Notes under the pieces: generated by a model | The model's database searches: none | Seen by the model: only the letters and a program-made list of their open reading frames with translations | Told to the model about the DNA's origin: nothing | Assembly (NCBI GenBank): GCA_035268565.1 | Contig: DATFKQ010000058.1 | Coordinates: forward strand, 6,295-70,294 | From: Desulfotignum sp. | Lineage (GTDB): Bacteria; Desulfobacterota; Desulfobacteria; Desulfobacterales; Desulfobacteraceae | Length of the DNA: 64,000 bases | Direction of reading: 5' to 3' | Shown here: piece by piece, positions 9,167 to 19,961 of the stretch | How the letters are laid out: every line of letters starts with the position of its first letter | Position numbering within the stretch: the stretch's first letter is position 1 | Program-made: the position numbers and the translations under genes

Positions 9167-9290
9167 TTTCAGCCGCTCCTTATTTTATTTCTTGACATGT
9201 TTTTAAACAGACTTATTTTTCTGCCATAATTATTGAAAATTATACCATTTGCCGTTCATAAGTAAGGAATTTTGGTTCAGGAGAATAAAT

Positions 9291-9890
9291 TTGGTACTTA
9301 AAGAAAAAAACAAAGATAAAAATCAGAAACAGCCGGATTCTGGTAAAAAGGATCCATCCTCAGCAGACATCCAGAATGATGCCAAAGAAAATGACAACAC
9401 CAAAAAAAGCGATATTAGTGCTTTGGAAGAACAGCTTTCCAAAGAAAAGGACCGGTTTGTAAGACTTTCGGCTGAATTTGACAACTATAGAAAAAGAAAA
9501 CAGCGGGAGATAGACGAATTTAAAAAATTTGCCACTGAAACTGTTTTCAAACAGTTTCTTTCAGTTGTGGATAATCTCGAAAGGGCTATTTCCTCTGCAG
9601 AAAGCAACAAAGACCTTGATACGCTGCTGGAAGGGGTAAAACTGACCCACAAGGAAATCTTGAAAATTTTTCAGGCCTTTAATGTTACCCCGGTGGAAGC
9701 GGAAAATCAGGAATTTGATCCAAATTTTCACCAGGCAGTCACCCAGAAGGAAACCGACGAAGTGCCTGAAAACACTGTAACCAATGTGTTGCAGACCGGA
9801 TACGTGCTTAATGACAGGCTGATCAGACCCGCCATGGTTGTTGTTTCCAAACGAGCGGAAAATGAGGCAGAAGAACCAAAAGAAACATAA
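9291..9890 (+). CDS. grpE: nucleotide exchange factor GrpE
   Basis: The ORF frame is open from 9249. TTG 9291 has an AGGAGA RBS 6 nt upstream. The coiled-coil N-terminal half and C-terminal beta domain (TGYVLNDRLIRPAMVVVS) are typical of GrpE. Lies immediately upstream of dnaK. Confidence 0.9.
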   Translation: MVLKEKNKDKNQKQPDSGKKDPSSADIQNDAKENDNTKKSDISALEEQLSKEKDRFVRLSAEFDNYRKRKQREIDEFKKFATETVFKQFLSVVDNLERAISSAESNKDLDTLLEGVKLTHKEILKIFQAFNVTPVEAENQEFDPNFHQAVTQKETDEVPENTVTNVLQTGYVLNDRLIRPAMVVVSKRAENEAEEPKET

Positions 9891-9911
9891 AGATATCTTG
9901 GAGGAAATGTT

Positions 9912-11819
9912 ATGGGTAAAATTATTGGAATAGATCTAGGAACAACCAACTCCTGTGTAGCAATCATGGAAGCTGGTGGAGAAGCAAAAATCATCACCAA
10001 TGTCGAAGGCGGCCGAACCACTCCGTCCATTGTTGCCATTACTGAAGGCGGTGAGCGAATCGTGGGCCAGACTGCCAAGCGTCAGGCCATTACCAATCCG
10101 GAAAATACTGTATTCGGTGTAAAGCGCCTCATCGGCAGAAAATTTGATTCAAAAGAAGTACAGAGCGATATCCCCAATCTTCCTTATAAGATTGAAGCAG
10201 CATCCAACGGGGATACCCGCATCAATTTGAGGGGAAAGCAATACAGTCCTGCTGAAATTTCTTCGTTCATCCTGGGTAATATCAAAAAAACAGCTGAAGA
10301 ATACCTGGGCGAAGAGGTCAAGGAAGCTGTCATCACTGTACCTGCCTATTTTAATGACAGCCAGAGGCAGGCCACCAAAGATGCCGGAAAAATTGCCGGC
10401 CTCGAAGTCAAGCGGATCATCAACGAACCTACTGCCGCATCTCTGGCCTATGGCCTGGACAAAAAAGGAGAAGAAAAAATAGCAGTCTTCGACCTGGGCG
10501 GCGGAACCTTTGATGTCTCCATCCTTGAAATTGGAGACGGGGTTTTTGAAGTAAAATCCACATCAGGAGATACCCACCTGGGTGGTGAAGACTTTGACCT
10601 GCGGATCATCGACTATATTGCCAATGAATTCAAAAAAGACCAGGGTATTGATGTGCGTTCAGACAAGATGGCACTCCAGCGCCTCAAGGAAGCAGCGGAA
10701 AAAGCAAAAATGGAGCTGTCCAGTGCCACCGAAACCAGCATCAACCTGCCTTTTATCACGGCAGACGCATCCGGCCCCAAACACCTGGATGTCAAATTGT
10801 CCCGGGCAAAACTGGAATCTCTTGTGGCTGATCTTCTGGACAACCTGGAAGGCCCCTGCAAGGTGGCATTAAAAGAAGCAGGTGTGGGTTCCGGCACGGT
10901 GGACGAAGTTGTTCTGGTGGGCGGCATGACCCGCATGCCGGCCGTGCAGCAGCGGGTGGAAAAAATATTCGGCAAAAAACCCCACAAAGGAGTGAATCCG
11001 GATGAAGTGGTTGCCATGGGTGCTGCTGTACAGGCCGGGGTGCTCCAGGGTGATGTGCATGACGTACTGCTTCTGGATGTAACCCCGCTTTCTCTGGGTA
11101 TTGAAACCCTGGGCGGTGTCATGACCAAACTTATTGAGAAAAATACCACCATTCCCACCAAAAAAAGCCAGGTTTTCTCCACTGCTGCAGACAACCAGCC
11201 GGCAGTTTCCATTCATGTGCTCCAGGGAGAACGGGAAATGGCAGCCGACAACAAGACCCTTGGTCAGTTTGAACTGGCTGATATCCCCCCCGCCCCCCGG
11301 GGTGTTCCCCAGATTGAGGTATCTTTTGACATTGATGCCAACGGCATTGTACAGGTATCTGCCAAAGACAAGGCAACCAACAAGGAACAATCCATACGCA
11401 TTACAGCAGCTTCCGGACTTTCAGAAGACGAAATTGAAAAAATGGTCAAAGATGCGGAAATGCATGCAGACGAAGATAAAAAAAGACGGGAACTTGTGGA
11501 TACGAAAAACCAGGCTGAAGCGCTGGTGGACCAGACCGAAAAGACCCTTAAAGAACACGGCGACAAAGTGGACGCAGAAACCAAAACTGCAATTGAGTCT
11601 GCGGTGACAGCCCTGAAACAGGCCAAAGAAACCAGTGATGTGGATGACATTAAACAGAAAATAGAAACCCTTTCCCAGGCTTCGCATAAGCTGGCTGAAG
11701 TCATGTACCAGCAGGCATCTTCTTCTCCGGAAGGCCAGGCAGACACCGGTGCTGCCGGTGCCCAGACAGATGAGGATGTAGTGGATGCCGACTTTGAAGA
11801 GGTCAATAAAGACAAATAA
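9912..11819 (+). CDS. dnaK: molecular chaperone DnaK (Hsp70)
   Basis: 635 aa. Hsp70 signatures [19 protein letters not shown] and [11 protein letters not shown]. Confidence 0.98.
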   Translation: MGKIIGIDLGTTNSCVAIMEAGGEAKIITNVEGGRTTPSIVAITEGGERIVGQTAKRQAITNPENTVFGVKRLIGRKFDSKEVQSDIPNLPYKIEAASNGDTRINLRGKQYSPAEISSFILGNIKKTAEEYLGEEVKEAVITVPAYFNDSQRQATKDAGKIAGLEVKRIINEPTAASLAYGLDKKGEEKIAVFDLGGGTFDVSILEIGDGVFEVKSTSGDTHLGGEDFDLRIIDYIANEFKKDQGIDVRSDKMALQRLKEAAEKAKMELSSATETSINLPFITADASGPKHLDVKLSRAKLESLVADLLDNLEGPCKVALKEAGVGSGTVDEVVLVGGMTRMPAVQQRVEKIFGKKPHKGVNPDEVVAMGAAVQAGVLQGDVHDVLLLDVTPLSLGIETLGGVMTKLIEKNTTIPTKKSQVFSTAADNQPAVSIHVLQGEREMAADNKTLGQFELADIPPAPRGVPQIEVSFDIDANGIVQVSAKDKATNKEQSIRITAASGLSEDEIEKMVKDAEMHADEDKKRRELVDTKNQAEALVDQTEKTLKEHGDKVDAETKTAIESAVTALKQAKETSDVDDIKQKIETLSQASHKLAEVMYQQASSSPEGQADTGAAGAQTDEDVVDADFEEVNKDK

Positions 11820-11847
11820 GCCGCCTCCAAACATTGGGTTGAATATA

Positions 11848-11888
11848 ATCCTGCCGTGGTCTATAGTGATCCGGCAGGATTTTTTTTT
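11848..11888 (+). terminator. intrinsic terminator after dnaK
   Basis: 9-bp stem ATCCTGCCG (11848-11856) / CGGCAGGAT (11872-11880), followed by a T8 run (11881-11888). Confidence 0.8.
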
Positions 11889-11926
11889 ACCACAAGGCCA
11901 AAAGAAAAAAGGGCAGAATTCAGTTT

Positions 11927-13516
11927 ATGCGCATAACACAGATACTGGCTGAAAACAACAGGCTGTACAGAAATGAAATCGCCTTGGTGGAGCGGGTCCC
12001 AGCCAGAAAAATCAGAAAAGAACTCACCTGGCACCAATTTTATACCACGGCCTGCAAACTGGCCAACGGCCTTCATCAACATGGCATCCGAAAATCAGAT
12101 ACGGTGGTGCAGCTCATGACCAACAGTCTGGAATGGCTGCCCATCTATTTTGGCATCCTGTATACCGGTGCCTGGGCAGTGCCGTTGAATTTCCGGTTTG
12201 AATCCGATAAAATTCTGTTATGCGCAGACACTGCAGCACCCAAAGCCTTTATATTTGGAGAAGAATTTATCCAGCGCATTGAAGCTATTCGCAGTGCCCT
12301 GGTATCCAGTGTACATCTGTGGATTTTTACAGGCCCCAGAGCCTCCTGTCCAAAATGGGCATATCTTTTTGATGACTTTATCCAGGACCAGAAAGGTGAT
12401 ATGCCGCCGGATGTTCCCATGAAAGATGACGATGATGCAGCGCTGTACTTTACCTCAGGTACCACCGGCACCCCCAAAGCAGTACTGCTTACCCACAACA
12501 ATCTGACCCATGCCTGCGAAGTGGAAAACAACCACCATGACCAGACCCATGAGGATATATTTTTGTGCATACCGCCTTTGTATCACACCGGCGCCAAGAT
12601 GCACTGGATGGGCTCTTTTCTGGTGGGGGGCAAGTGCATCCTGCTCAACGGGGTAAAGCCGGAATGGATTTTCGAGGCGATTTCTGAAGAACACTGCACC
12701 ATTGCCTGGCTTCTGGTTCCCTGGGCCCATGATATTCTCATTGCCATAGAAAACAACACCCTTGATCTGTCACACTACCACCTTGACCAGTGGCGGTTGA
12801 TGCATTCCGGGGCCCAGCCCGTTCCCCCCAGCCTTGTCAAAAGATGGCAAAAATACTTTCCAGGCCAGGGATATGACACCAACTACGGCCTTACCGAATC
12901 CACCGGCCCGGGATGTATCCACCTGGGCCTTGAAAACAGCCATTGCATAGGGCCCATAGGCAAGGCAGGTCACGGGTGGGAGGCTAAAATTGTGGACAAG
13001 CAGGGCAACCATCTGTTTGGCAACGAAACCGGTGAATTGATCGTTCGGGGCCCGGGGGTGATGAAAGCCTATTATAAAAATCCGGAAGCCACCGAAAAAA
13101 CCCTTCACAACGGATGGCTGCGCACCGGTGATCTGGCCAGGTATGACAAGGACGGATTTATCTGGCTGGTGGACCGAAAAAAAGACATGATCATTTACGG
13201 CGGAGAAAATATCTACCCCAATGAAATTGAAAATTTCTTTCTGGGTCATGAGAAAATAAAGGATATCGCTGTTATCGGTGTGCCTGATGACCGCTTAGGG
13301 GAAATCCCCGCAGGCATCATCAGCGTCAAGCCGGAGTGCATGATCTGTGAAAGCGATATCCAGGAATTCCAGCAGGCCCTGCCCCGGTACAAACGCCTGA
13401 AAAAAATTTTTTTCGGGGATGTACCCCGCAATCCCACTGGAAAAATTGAAAAACCCAAACTGCGGCGCCTGTATACTGAAGACAAACGAAAAGATCTGCA
13501 AAAGCTGCTGCGGTAA
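11927..13516 (+). CDS. AMP-dependent acyl-CoA synthetase/ligase (fatty-acid-CoA ligase family)
   Basis: 529 aa. AMP-binding motif LYFTSGTTGTPKAVLLTH, plus GELIVRGPGVMKAYY and TGDLARYDKDGFIWLVDRKKDMI. Substrate cannot be assigned from sequence. Confidence 0.9.
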   Translation: MRITQILAENNRLYRNEIALVERVPARKIRKELTWHQFYTTACKLANGLHQHGIRKSDTVVQLMTNSLEWLPIYFGILYTGAWAVPLNFRFESDKILLCADTAAPKAFIFGEEFIQRIEAIRSALVSSVHLWIFTGPRASCPKWAYLFDDFIQDQKGDMPPDVPMKDDDDAALYFTSGTTGTPKAVLLTHNNLTHACEVENNHHDQTHEDIFLCIPPLYHTGAKMHWMGSFLVGGKCILLNGVKPEWIFEAISEEHCTIAWLLVPWAHDILIAIENNTLDLSHYHLDQWRLMHSGAQPVPPSLVKRWQKYFPGQGYDTNYGLTESTGPGCIHLGLENSHCIGPIGKAGHGWEAKIVDKQGNHLFGNETGELIVRGPGVMKAYYKNPEATEKTLHNGWLRTGDLARYDKDGFIWLVDRKKDMIIYGGENIYPNEIENFFLGHEKIKDIAVIGVPDDRLGEIPAGIISVKPECMICESDIQEFQQALPRYKRLKKIFFGDVPRNPTGKIEKPKLRRLYTEDKRKDLQKLLR

Positions 13517-13533
13517 ACCCTGAGGAATACACC

Positions 13534-14184
13534 ATGATATGCATGAGACCTTTTCTTATCCTTGCCTTGATTTTCTGGTGCACCCTTCCCGGAAACACGT
13601 CAGATAACACTATGCCTGCGCAAACCCTCCTGGACGGCATTGAAAACCAGTATGCCGGTAAAAGTTTTTCCGCTGATTTTATTCAGACATCTACTTTGTC
13701 TGCCCTGGATATCAATGAAACAGCCTCAGGCAAAGCCTGGTTCAGCCATCCCGGAAAAATGAAATGGCAGTACCTGACCCCGGAACGCCACGACATTATC
13801 ACCAACGGCACAGAACTGTGGATCTTCAGACCCGAAGAAAACCAGGTCATGCGCGGTGATGCAGCCCGGTTTTTCCAGTCAGGGGCAGGCGGGGCATTTT
13901 TATCAGATATTTCCCTGATCCGTAAAAATTATACCGTATCTGTTAAGGAAACAACAGAAGAACGGGCAGAACTGCTCCTTGAGGACCAGTCCGGAAATCC
14001 GGACATTCACCGCATCATCATCCGGGTATGCCCCAAACAATTTCATATCTCCCATGTCACTACGGTGAATGCATTTGGAGACACCACCCATTTTGAATTC
14101 AGCAATATAAGTTTCCGGCAGATACCGGATGACTGGTTTGATTTTACCATCCCTTCCGGGGTTAATGTAATTGACATGAACTAA
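13534..14184 (+). CDS. LolA-like outer-membrane lipoprotein carrier protein
   Basis: 216 aa. Signal peptide followed by the LolA-type pattern (FSADFIQTS...ASGKAWFSHPGKMKWQY...DIITNGTELWIFRPEENQV). GAGGA RBS 7 nt upstream. Confidence 0.75.
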   Translation: MICMRPFLILALIFWCTLPGNTSDNTMPAQTLLDGIENQYAGKSFSADFIQTSTLSALDINETASGKAWFSHPGKMKWQYLTPERHDIITNGTELWIFRPEENQVMRGDAARFFQSGAGGAFLSDISLIRKNYTVSVKETTEERAELLLEDQSGNPDIHRIIIRVCPKQFHISHVTTVNAFGDTTHFEFSNISFRQIPDDWFDFTIPSGVNVIDMN

Positions 14185-14207
14185 AATACAAAAAAAGGAT
14201 GCTTGTA

Positions 14208-15101
14208 ATGAAAGAGGCTATCCAGAATCTGGCCCGAAAAAACAATGCCATTATCCTGGCCCATAATTATCAACCGCCTGAAATTCAGGATATTGCTGAT
14301 CTTTGCGGAGATTCTCTGGAGCTGAGTATCAAGGCCGCAAAAACCTCAGCCGACATTATTGTTTTCTGCGGCGTACATTTCATGGCAGAAACCGCATCCA
14401 TCCTCTGTCCGGAAAAGACCGTGCTGCTGCCGAACACAGATGCCGGATGCCCCATGGCTGAGATGGTGGACCCGGCCGCCCTGACCGCCCGGAAGAAAGC
14501 CCTGGGTGATATCCCGGTGGTGACCTATGTAAATTCGTCGGCCGCTGTCAAGGCGGTGTCCGACATCTGCTGCACCTCAGCCAATGTTATCCAGGTGGTC
14601 AATGCCCTCAAGGCGGATGCAGTGCTCATGACCCCGGATAAAAACCTGGCACAATATGCAGCCGGGTATACGGATAAAACAATTCATCTGTGGGAAGGAT
14701 ACTGCCCATTTCACAACAATCTGACCGAAGCAGATGTAACGGCTGCCAGACAGACCCATCCGGAAGCCCTTTTCATGGCCCACCCGGAATGTCCACCAGA
14801 GGTACTGGCCATGGCCGACACCATCCAGTCCACTTCCGGAATGATCCAGTATGCCAGAACCAGCCCCCTTCGCCAGTTCATTCTGGGAACGGAAAACGGA
14901 CTGCTGTATCCCATTTCCAAAGCCAACCCGGACAAGCAGTTTTTTGCCGCATCCCCCAAAATGGTGTGCCCTGATATGAAAAAAATCAGCCTGGCAGATG
15001 TGAAACACAGTCTGGAAAACCTGGCAGGGGAGGTCCGGGTACCGGAAGAGACCAGAAAAAAAGCATTGGGTGCGGTGCAGAAAATGATTGATCTGGCCTG
15101 A
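14208..15101 (+). CDS. nadA: quinolinate synthase NadA
   Basis: ORF 14199-15101. The second ATG at 14208 has better RBS spacing. ILAHNYQ and VHFMAETA motifs, with the ~300-aa length typical of NadA. Confidence 0.92.
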   Translation: MKEAIQNLARKNNAIILAHNYQPPEIQDIADLCGDSLELSIKAAKTSADIIVFCGVHFMAETASILCPEKTVLLPNTDAGCPMAEMVDPAALTARKKALGDIPVVTYVNSSAAVKAVSDICCTSANVIQVVNALKADAVLMTPDKNLAQYAAGYTDKTIHLWEGYCPFHNNLTEADVTAARQTHPEALFMAHPECPPEVLAMADTIQSTSGMIQYARTSPLRQFILGTENGLLYPISKANPDKQFFAASPKMVCPDMKKISLADVKHSLENLAGEVRVPEETRKKALGAVQKMIDLA

Positions 15102-15126
15102 TGCCGGAAGGCCGGCATCCTTTTAG
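15100..15126 (+). terminator. intrinsic terminator after nadA
   Basis: GATGCCGG (15100-15107), loop AAGG, CCGGCATC (15112-15119), then CTTTTAG. The stem overlaps the nadA stop codon. Confidence 0.65.
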
Positions 15127-15191
15127 ATACCGGCCTTTAAAAAATTACGGCAGCAGAATCAGCCTGCGTTAAAAATCCGGCAAATCAACAA

Positions 15192-15935
15192 TCACATACC
15201 TTCAAATGCCTCATCCGGGATATCGGCATTGGTATAAAATTTTTGGACATCATCACAATCATCCAGTTCATCCATGAACCGGATCATCTGTTCCGCTTCT
15301 TTACCGGTCACCTCAGTCATGGTCTGGGGAAGCATGGTTATTTCCGCCATCTGGTATGCAATTTGGGCAATGTCAATGGCCTTCTGCACTGCATCAAATT
15401 CTGCCGGTTCAGTGATCACCTCAAACACATCCCCTTCATCTCTGATATCTTCCGCACCGGCTTCCAGGGCTATTTCCATAAGGGTGTCCTCATCCACGGC
15501 ATCCTTGGCCACAGCGATCAGTCCCTTTTTATCGAACATCCAGGCCACACACCCGTCTGTGCCCACATTCCCACCGGCCCTGGAAAACATGTACCGGACA
15601 TCGGCAATGGTACGGTTTTTATTATCGGTGAGGCATTCCACAAGGACCGCTATACCGCCGGGACCATAACCTTCATAAACGATTTCCTCGTAATTGACCC
15701 CTTCCAGTTCACCTGTGCCTTTTTTGATGGCCCGTTCAAAATTCTCCTTGGGCATGTTCTGGGCTTTGGCTGCGTCAATGGCATGGCGCAACCGGGGATT
15801 GGCCTCGGGATCTCCGCCGCCCATGCGGGCGGCCACGGTGATCTCCTTGATCAGCTTGGTGAAAATCTTGCCTCTTTTTTTATCGGCCGCCCCTTTTTTG
15901 TGCTTGATAGTCGACCATTTGCTGTGTCCTGACAT
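15192..15935 (-). CDS. YebC/PmpR family DNA-binding transcriptional regulator
   Basis: 247 aa. Family-defining start [28 protein letters not shown]. Confidence 0.95.
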   Translation of the reverse strand: MSGHSKWSTIKHKKGAADKKRGKIFTKLIKEITVAARMGGGDPEANPRLRHAIDAAKAQNMPKENFERAIKKGTGELEGVNYEEIVYEGYGPGGIAVLVECLTDNKNRTIADVRYMFSRAGGNVGTDGCVAWMFDKKGLIAVAKDAVDEDTLMEIALEAGAEDIRDEGDVFEVITEPAEFDAVQKAIDIAQIAYQMAEITMLPQTMTEVTGKEAEQMIRFMDELDDCDDVQKFYTNADIPDEAFEGM

Positions 15936-15952
15936 GAATCCACTCCTTACAT

Positions 15953-16588
15953 TTATCGTTTGTTTTTTGCTATAATATATATTTCTTTGCTTTGTTTTCT
16001 ACAACTTTCCGGCTTAAAAAGCCGGCAGTCAGCAAAACGCTTTTTCACCTGTTTTTCAAATTGTGCAAATTCACTGCCCTGGAAAATCTTACACACAAAA
16101 TGGCCGTTCCCCCCTAAAAACCTTTCTGCCACATCCAAAGCCATTTCACACAGCGCAAAGGAACGAAACGCATCCACATCTTTTCGGCCGGTGGTGGCAG
16201 GCGCCATGTCCGAAAGCACCACCCGGCAACCAGATGCTTTTTGTAAAAATGAATCATCTGACATATGCAGGATATCATCCTGGATGACGGTGACATTTGC
16301 CGGCAGGCCGATATCCACCGCTTTTATGTCAATGCCCAGCACCCGGCCTTCCGGCCCCACCTGTCTGGATGCATACAGCAGCCATGAACCAGGTGCACAC
16401 CCCAGATCCAGGATTGTATCCTTTTTTTTCATAACACGAAATTTTTGCTGAATTTCTTCCAGTTTATATACGGATCTGGCCGGATAATTGTCTGCTTTTG
16501 CCTGCTGTGTCAGGTGATCCGCCCACTGCCGGCCTGACCTGCTGCCAGACCGGCCAGCAGGTTTGCCACTTTTTTTTTTAGCTGCCAA
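15953..16588 (-). CDS. rlmE: 23S rRNA (uridine2552-2'-O)-methyltransferase RlmE/FtsJ
   Basis: 211 aa. [10 protein letters not shown] and SAM motif DLGCAPGSW, then VVLSDMAP. Overlaps the radA 3' end by 11 nt. Confidence 0.9.
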   Translation of the reverse strand: MAAKKKSGKPAGRSGSRSGRQWADHLTQQAKADNYPARSVYKLEEIQQKFRVMKKKDTILDLGCAPGSWLLYASRQVGPEGRVLGIDIKAVDIGLPANVTVIQDDILHMSDDSFLQKASGCRVVLSDMAPATTGRKDVDAFRSFALCEMALDVAERFLGGNGHFVCKIFQGSEFAQFEKQVKKRFADCRLFKPESCRKQSKEIYIIAKNKR

Positions 16589-17960
16589 ACAATACCTCCA
16601 TGGCTTCTTTTAAAAACCTGACACTTTCAATGGTCATACCGCGAACCTTTGACAACTGTTTCAAAGTCGATGCCGGCACCAGGCAGGTGGTAAACCCCAT
16701 CTTGGCAGCTTCCTTTATCCGGGCCTGGGCATGGCTCACTGCCCGGATCTCTCCTGTCAATCCTATTTCTCCGATAAGGGTGGTTTCTTTGGGTACAGGT
16801 TTGTCCAGAAAGCTGGCTGCCAGGGCCGCGGCAATGGCCAGATCAGCGGACGGCTCCACGATTCTGACCCCGCCGGTGACATTCATGAACAGGTCCAGAC
16901 CAGACAGGTTCATCCCCAGACGTTTTTCCATGACCGCCACAATCAGGGCCACCCGCTGCACGTCCAGGCCCAGCACGGTGCGCCTGGGATTGCCCAGGCT
17001 GGAGGAGGACACCAGCCCCTGGATCTCCACCAGGATGGGACGGGTGCCTTCCATGCAGGCAGTGACAACCGAACCGGGAGCCACAGATGACCGCTCAGAC
17101 AAAAACACGGCAGAGGGATTGGGCACTTCCTTCAGCCCTTTTTCCCGCATTTCAAACACCCCTATCTCGTTGGTGGAGCCGAACCGGTTTTTTACGGCCC
17201 GCAATATTCTGAACACATGGCTTTTGTCTCCTTCAAAATACAGCACCGTGTCCACCATATGCTCCATGATCCTGGGGCCGGCAATGGCCCCCACCTTGGT
17301 CACATGCCCCACCAGGAAAATGGGGGTTCCGCTGGTTTTGGCAAGGTGCATGAACCGCATGGCCGCCTCCCGGATCTGGGTGACACTGCCCGGGGTGGAG
17401 GTGACATCTGTCTGGAAAACGGTTTGAATGGAGTCAATAACCACGGCATCATAGGCGGTCTGCTCCATCATGGCAGCAATGGCATCCAGATCGGTCTCCG
17501 ATACAATATACAGAGTGGGGCAGGACCCGCCATCCAGGCGCTGTCCCCGCATGGAAAGCTGGCGGATGGATTCTTCACCGGAAACATACAGACAGGTTTT
17601 TTTCAACCCGGCCAGGGCGGTCAGCACCTGAAGCATGAGGGTTGATTTGCCGATACCGGGATCACCGCCGATGAGCACCAGGGATCCGTCCACAATACCG
17701 CCCCCCAGCACCCGGTCAAATTCTGACATGCCGGTGCATATCCGCAGGGATTCGCCCCCGTCAACTGAATCCATGGGAACCGGTTTTGCCGCAAATAAGG
17801 GATGGGATTTTCCACTGCCTTTGGCGGCCTGCTTTTCCTGAACCAGAGAATCCCAGTCCCCGCAGTCCGGACACCGGCCCATCCATTTAAAGGTCTGGCC
17901 GCCGCAGGTTTTACACCGGAATATGGATTTATCCTTGTTTTTCACATATCTCTTTTTCAA
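16578..17960 (-). CDS. radA: DNA repair protein RadA/Sms
   Basis: 460 aa. N-terminal zinc ribbon CKTCG...CPDCG, RecA-like Walker A GDPGIGKST, KNRFG motif, and C-terminal Lon-like domain. Confidence 0.95.
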   Translation of the reverse strand: MKKRYVKNKDKSIFRCKTCGGQTFKWMGRCPDCGDWDSLVQEKQAAKGSGKSHPLFAAKPVPMDSVDGGESLRICTGMSEFDRVLGGGIVDGSLVLIGGDPGIGKSTLMLQVLTALAGLKKTCLYVSGEESIRQLSMRGQRLDGGSCPTLYIVSETDLDAIAAMMEQTAYDAVVIDSIQTVFQTDVTSTPGSVTQIREAAMRFMHLAKTSGTPIFLVGHVTKVGAIAGPRIMEHMVDTVLYFEGDKSHVFRILRAVKNRFGSTNEIGVFEMREKGLKEVPNPSAVFLSERSSVAPGSVVTACMEGTRPILVEIQGLVSSSSLGNPRRTVLGLDVQRVALIVAVMEKRLGMNLSGLDLFMNVTGGVRIVEPSADLAIAAALAASFLDKPVPKETTLIGEIGLTGEIRAVSHAQARIKEAAKMGFTTCLVPASTLKQLSKVRGMTIESVRFLKEAMEVLFGS

Positions 17961-18233
17961 TTGTTACCAAAATGTGCAAATATATCATACACTGGTGTTT
18001 TGTATCAATATCAATTGTGACTGTTCCGTGCGGACATATGCTGCCGGTACTGTTTTGGTGATCGCTTTTTGCCCAAAGCCTGCCTTGCCGAAGCTTCTGT
18101 GGGTTTTACTGCTGATTGTTCCTCCTGTTTTTAAATGACCTGGTGAAAATGCCGTGAATATCTCTGAACAATATCTCTCTTTTTCTCCGTAATCATGATA
18201 TAATTCCGATTTTTGAAAAGAGGACCGCTCACC

Positions 18234-19961
18234 ATGTTTCTTCCTACCACCATGCCAGAGGTGAAAGCTCTGAACTGGGACCGTCTGGACATCATCCTGG
18301 TCACCGGCGACACCTATATTGATTCCCCGTTCATGGGCGTGAGCATGATCGGAAAAGTACTTTTGCACCAGGGATTCAAGGTGGGGATCATTGCCCAGCC
18401 GGACCTGGACACTGCCGCAGATATCCTGCGCTTAGGATCCCCCGCTCTTTTCTGGGGAGTCACTGCCGGGGCTGTGGATTCCATGGTGGCCAACTATACC
18501 GCATTGAAAAAACGGCGGCAGAAAGACGACTATACACCGGGGCATGTCAACAACCGAAGACCGGACCGGGCGGTCATCGCCTATGCCAACCTGATCCGGC
18601 GCTTCTGCAGACCCGCCGCCCCCATTGTGATCGGCGGTATCGAGGCCAGCCTGCGGCGCATGGCCCATTATGACTTCTGGTCCAACAATATCCGACGGTC
18701 CATTCTGTTTGATGCCAGGGCCGACTTTCTGGTGTTCGGCATGGGGCATGCCACTATTACAGCCCTTGCCCGGGCCTTGCAGCAGAAACAGTCCTTTGAG
18801 CATATCCCGGGAATCGCCTATATTGCCAAAACAAAAACCGGGAAGGAACTGCCCGCTTTTGAAACGGTTGTACAAAACAGGCAGGCCTATATCGACGCGT
18901 TCACCACCTTTTACCGCAACACCGACCCTGTTCTTGGACAGCGCCTGTGTCAGGCCCACCAGGATCGGTACCTGGTGCTGAATCCGCCGGCACCCGTGTC
19001 CACCACAGCCCAGATGGATAAAATCCATGACCTGGATTATGAACATGATGTGCACCCTTTTTACCGGGCCATGGGACCTGTGCGGGCGCTGGACACCATC
19101 CGGTTTGCCATCCCCACCCATTACGGGTGCTACGGCGAATGCCGGTTCTGCGCCATCACCGTGCACCAGGGCAGAACCGTCCAGTGCCGGAGCACGGCAT
19201 CCATTCTCCGGCAGGCCCGGCAGTTCACGGCCCATCCGGATTTCAAAGGAAACATAATGGATCTGGGAGGTCCCACCGCAAACATGTACGGGTATGAATG
19301 CCCCAAAAAATTATCACACGGGGCCTGCCTGGACAAATCCTGCCTGTTCCCTGAAACCTGCGAAACCCTGCGGCCGGACCATTCACAGTATCTGGATCTG
19401 CTGGAAAAACTCACCGCCCTTCCCGGCATCAGAAAGGTGTTTGTCAACTCCGGGATCCGGTATGACCTGATTGTGCAGGACAAAAAACACGGCAGCGCGT
19501 TTTTGAAAAAACTGGTGACAGACCATGTATCCGGCCAGCTGAAGGTGGCGCCGGAACACAGTGAAAAACCGGTGCTTCACCATATGGGCAAACAGACCAT
19601 CACCGATCTGCTTGCCTTCAAAGCCGCCTTTGACAATATATCTGCTGCATGCGGCAAGCCCCAGTTTTTAACCTATTATTTCATGGCAGCCCACCCCGGC
19701 TGCACCCAAAAAGAGATGGCTGCCTTAAAACGGTTCATCAGTGAAAATCTGAAAACCCATCCTGAGCAGGTCCAGATTTTTACCCCCACCCCGTCCACCT
19801 TTTCCACGCTCATGTATTATACCGGCCAGGATCCCTTCACTGGCAATCCTTTGTTTGTGGAAAAGGATCCAGCCAAAAAACAGCGGCAAAAAGATATTGT
19901 CACCGCCCGCACCCGTCCGGAAAAAAAGCGCAGGCCACAAAAACACAAAAAAGGCAGGTAA
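18234..19961 (+). CDS. YgiQ (UPF0313) family radical SAM protein
   Basis: The ORF frame is open from 18213. ATG 18234 has an AGAGGA RBS. Has the N-terminal radical-SAM-N domain (DIILVTGDTYIDSPF), the cluster motif CYGECRFC, and the basic C-terminal tail typical of YgiQ. Confidence 0.88.
   Translation: MFLPTTMPEVKALNWDRLDIILVTGDTYIDSPFMGVSMIGKVLLHQGFKVGIIAQPDLDTAADILRLGSPALFWGVTAGAVDSMVANYTALKKRRQKDDYTPGHVNNRRPDRAVIAYANLIRRFCRPAAPIVIGGIEASLRRMAHYDFWSNNIRRSILFDARADFLVFGMGHATITALARALQQKQSFEHIPGIAYIAKTKTGKELPAFETVVQNRQAYIDAFTTFYRNTDPVLGQRLCQAHQDRYLVLNPPAPVSTTAQMDKIHDLDYEHDVHPFYRAMGPVRALDTIRFAIPTHYGCYGECRFCAITVHQGRTVQCRSTASILRQARQFTAHPDFKGNIMDLGGPTANMYGYECPKKLSHGACLDKSCLFPETCETLRPDHSQYLDLLEKLTALPGIRKVFVNSGIRYDLIVQDKKHGSAFLKKLVTDHVSGQLKVAPEHSEKPVLHHMGKQTITDLLAFKAAFDNISAACGKPQFLTYYFMAAHPGCTQKEMAALKRFISENLKTHPEQVQIFTPTPSTFSTLMYYTGQDPFTGNPLFVEKDPAKKQRQKDIVTARTRPEKKRRPQKHKKGR

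Noticed and set aside
8961-9206. 81-aa ORF in the track (MKKNHRACIYIDSGRQAGQWAILIG...)
   Set aside because: It lies exactly over the SRP RNA gene, including the conserved GGTCCGGAAGGAAGCAGC core and the terminal helix. It has no RBS and an implausible composition, so it is not coding.
9167-9290. Heat-shock promoter or CIRCE element upstream of grpE-dnaK
   Set aside because: No CIRCE inverted repeat (TTAGCACTC-N9-GAGTGCTAA) is present. TTGAAA-N13-CCGTTCAT is only a weak match to the sigma32 consensus (CTTGAAA / CCCCATNT), too weak to call.
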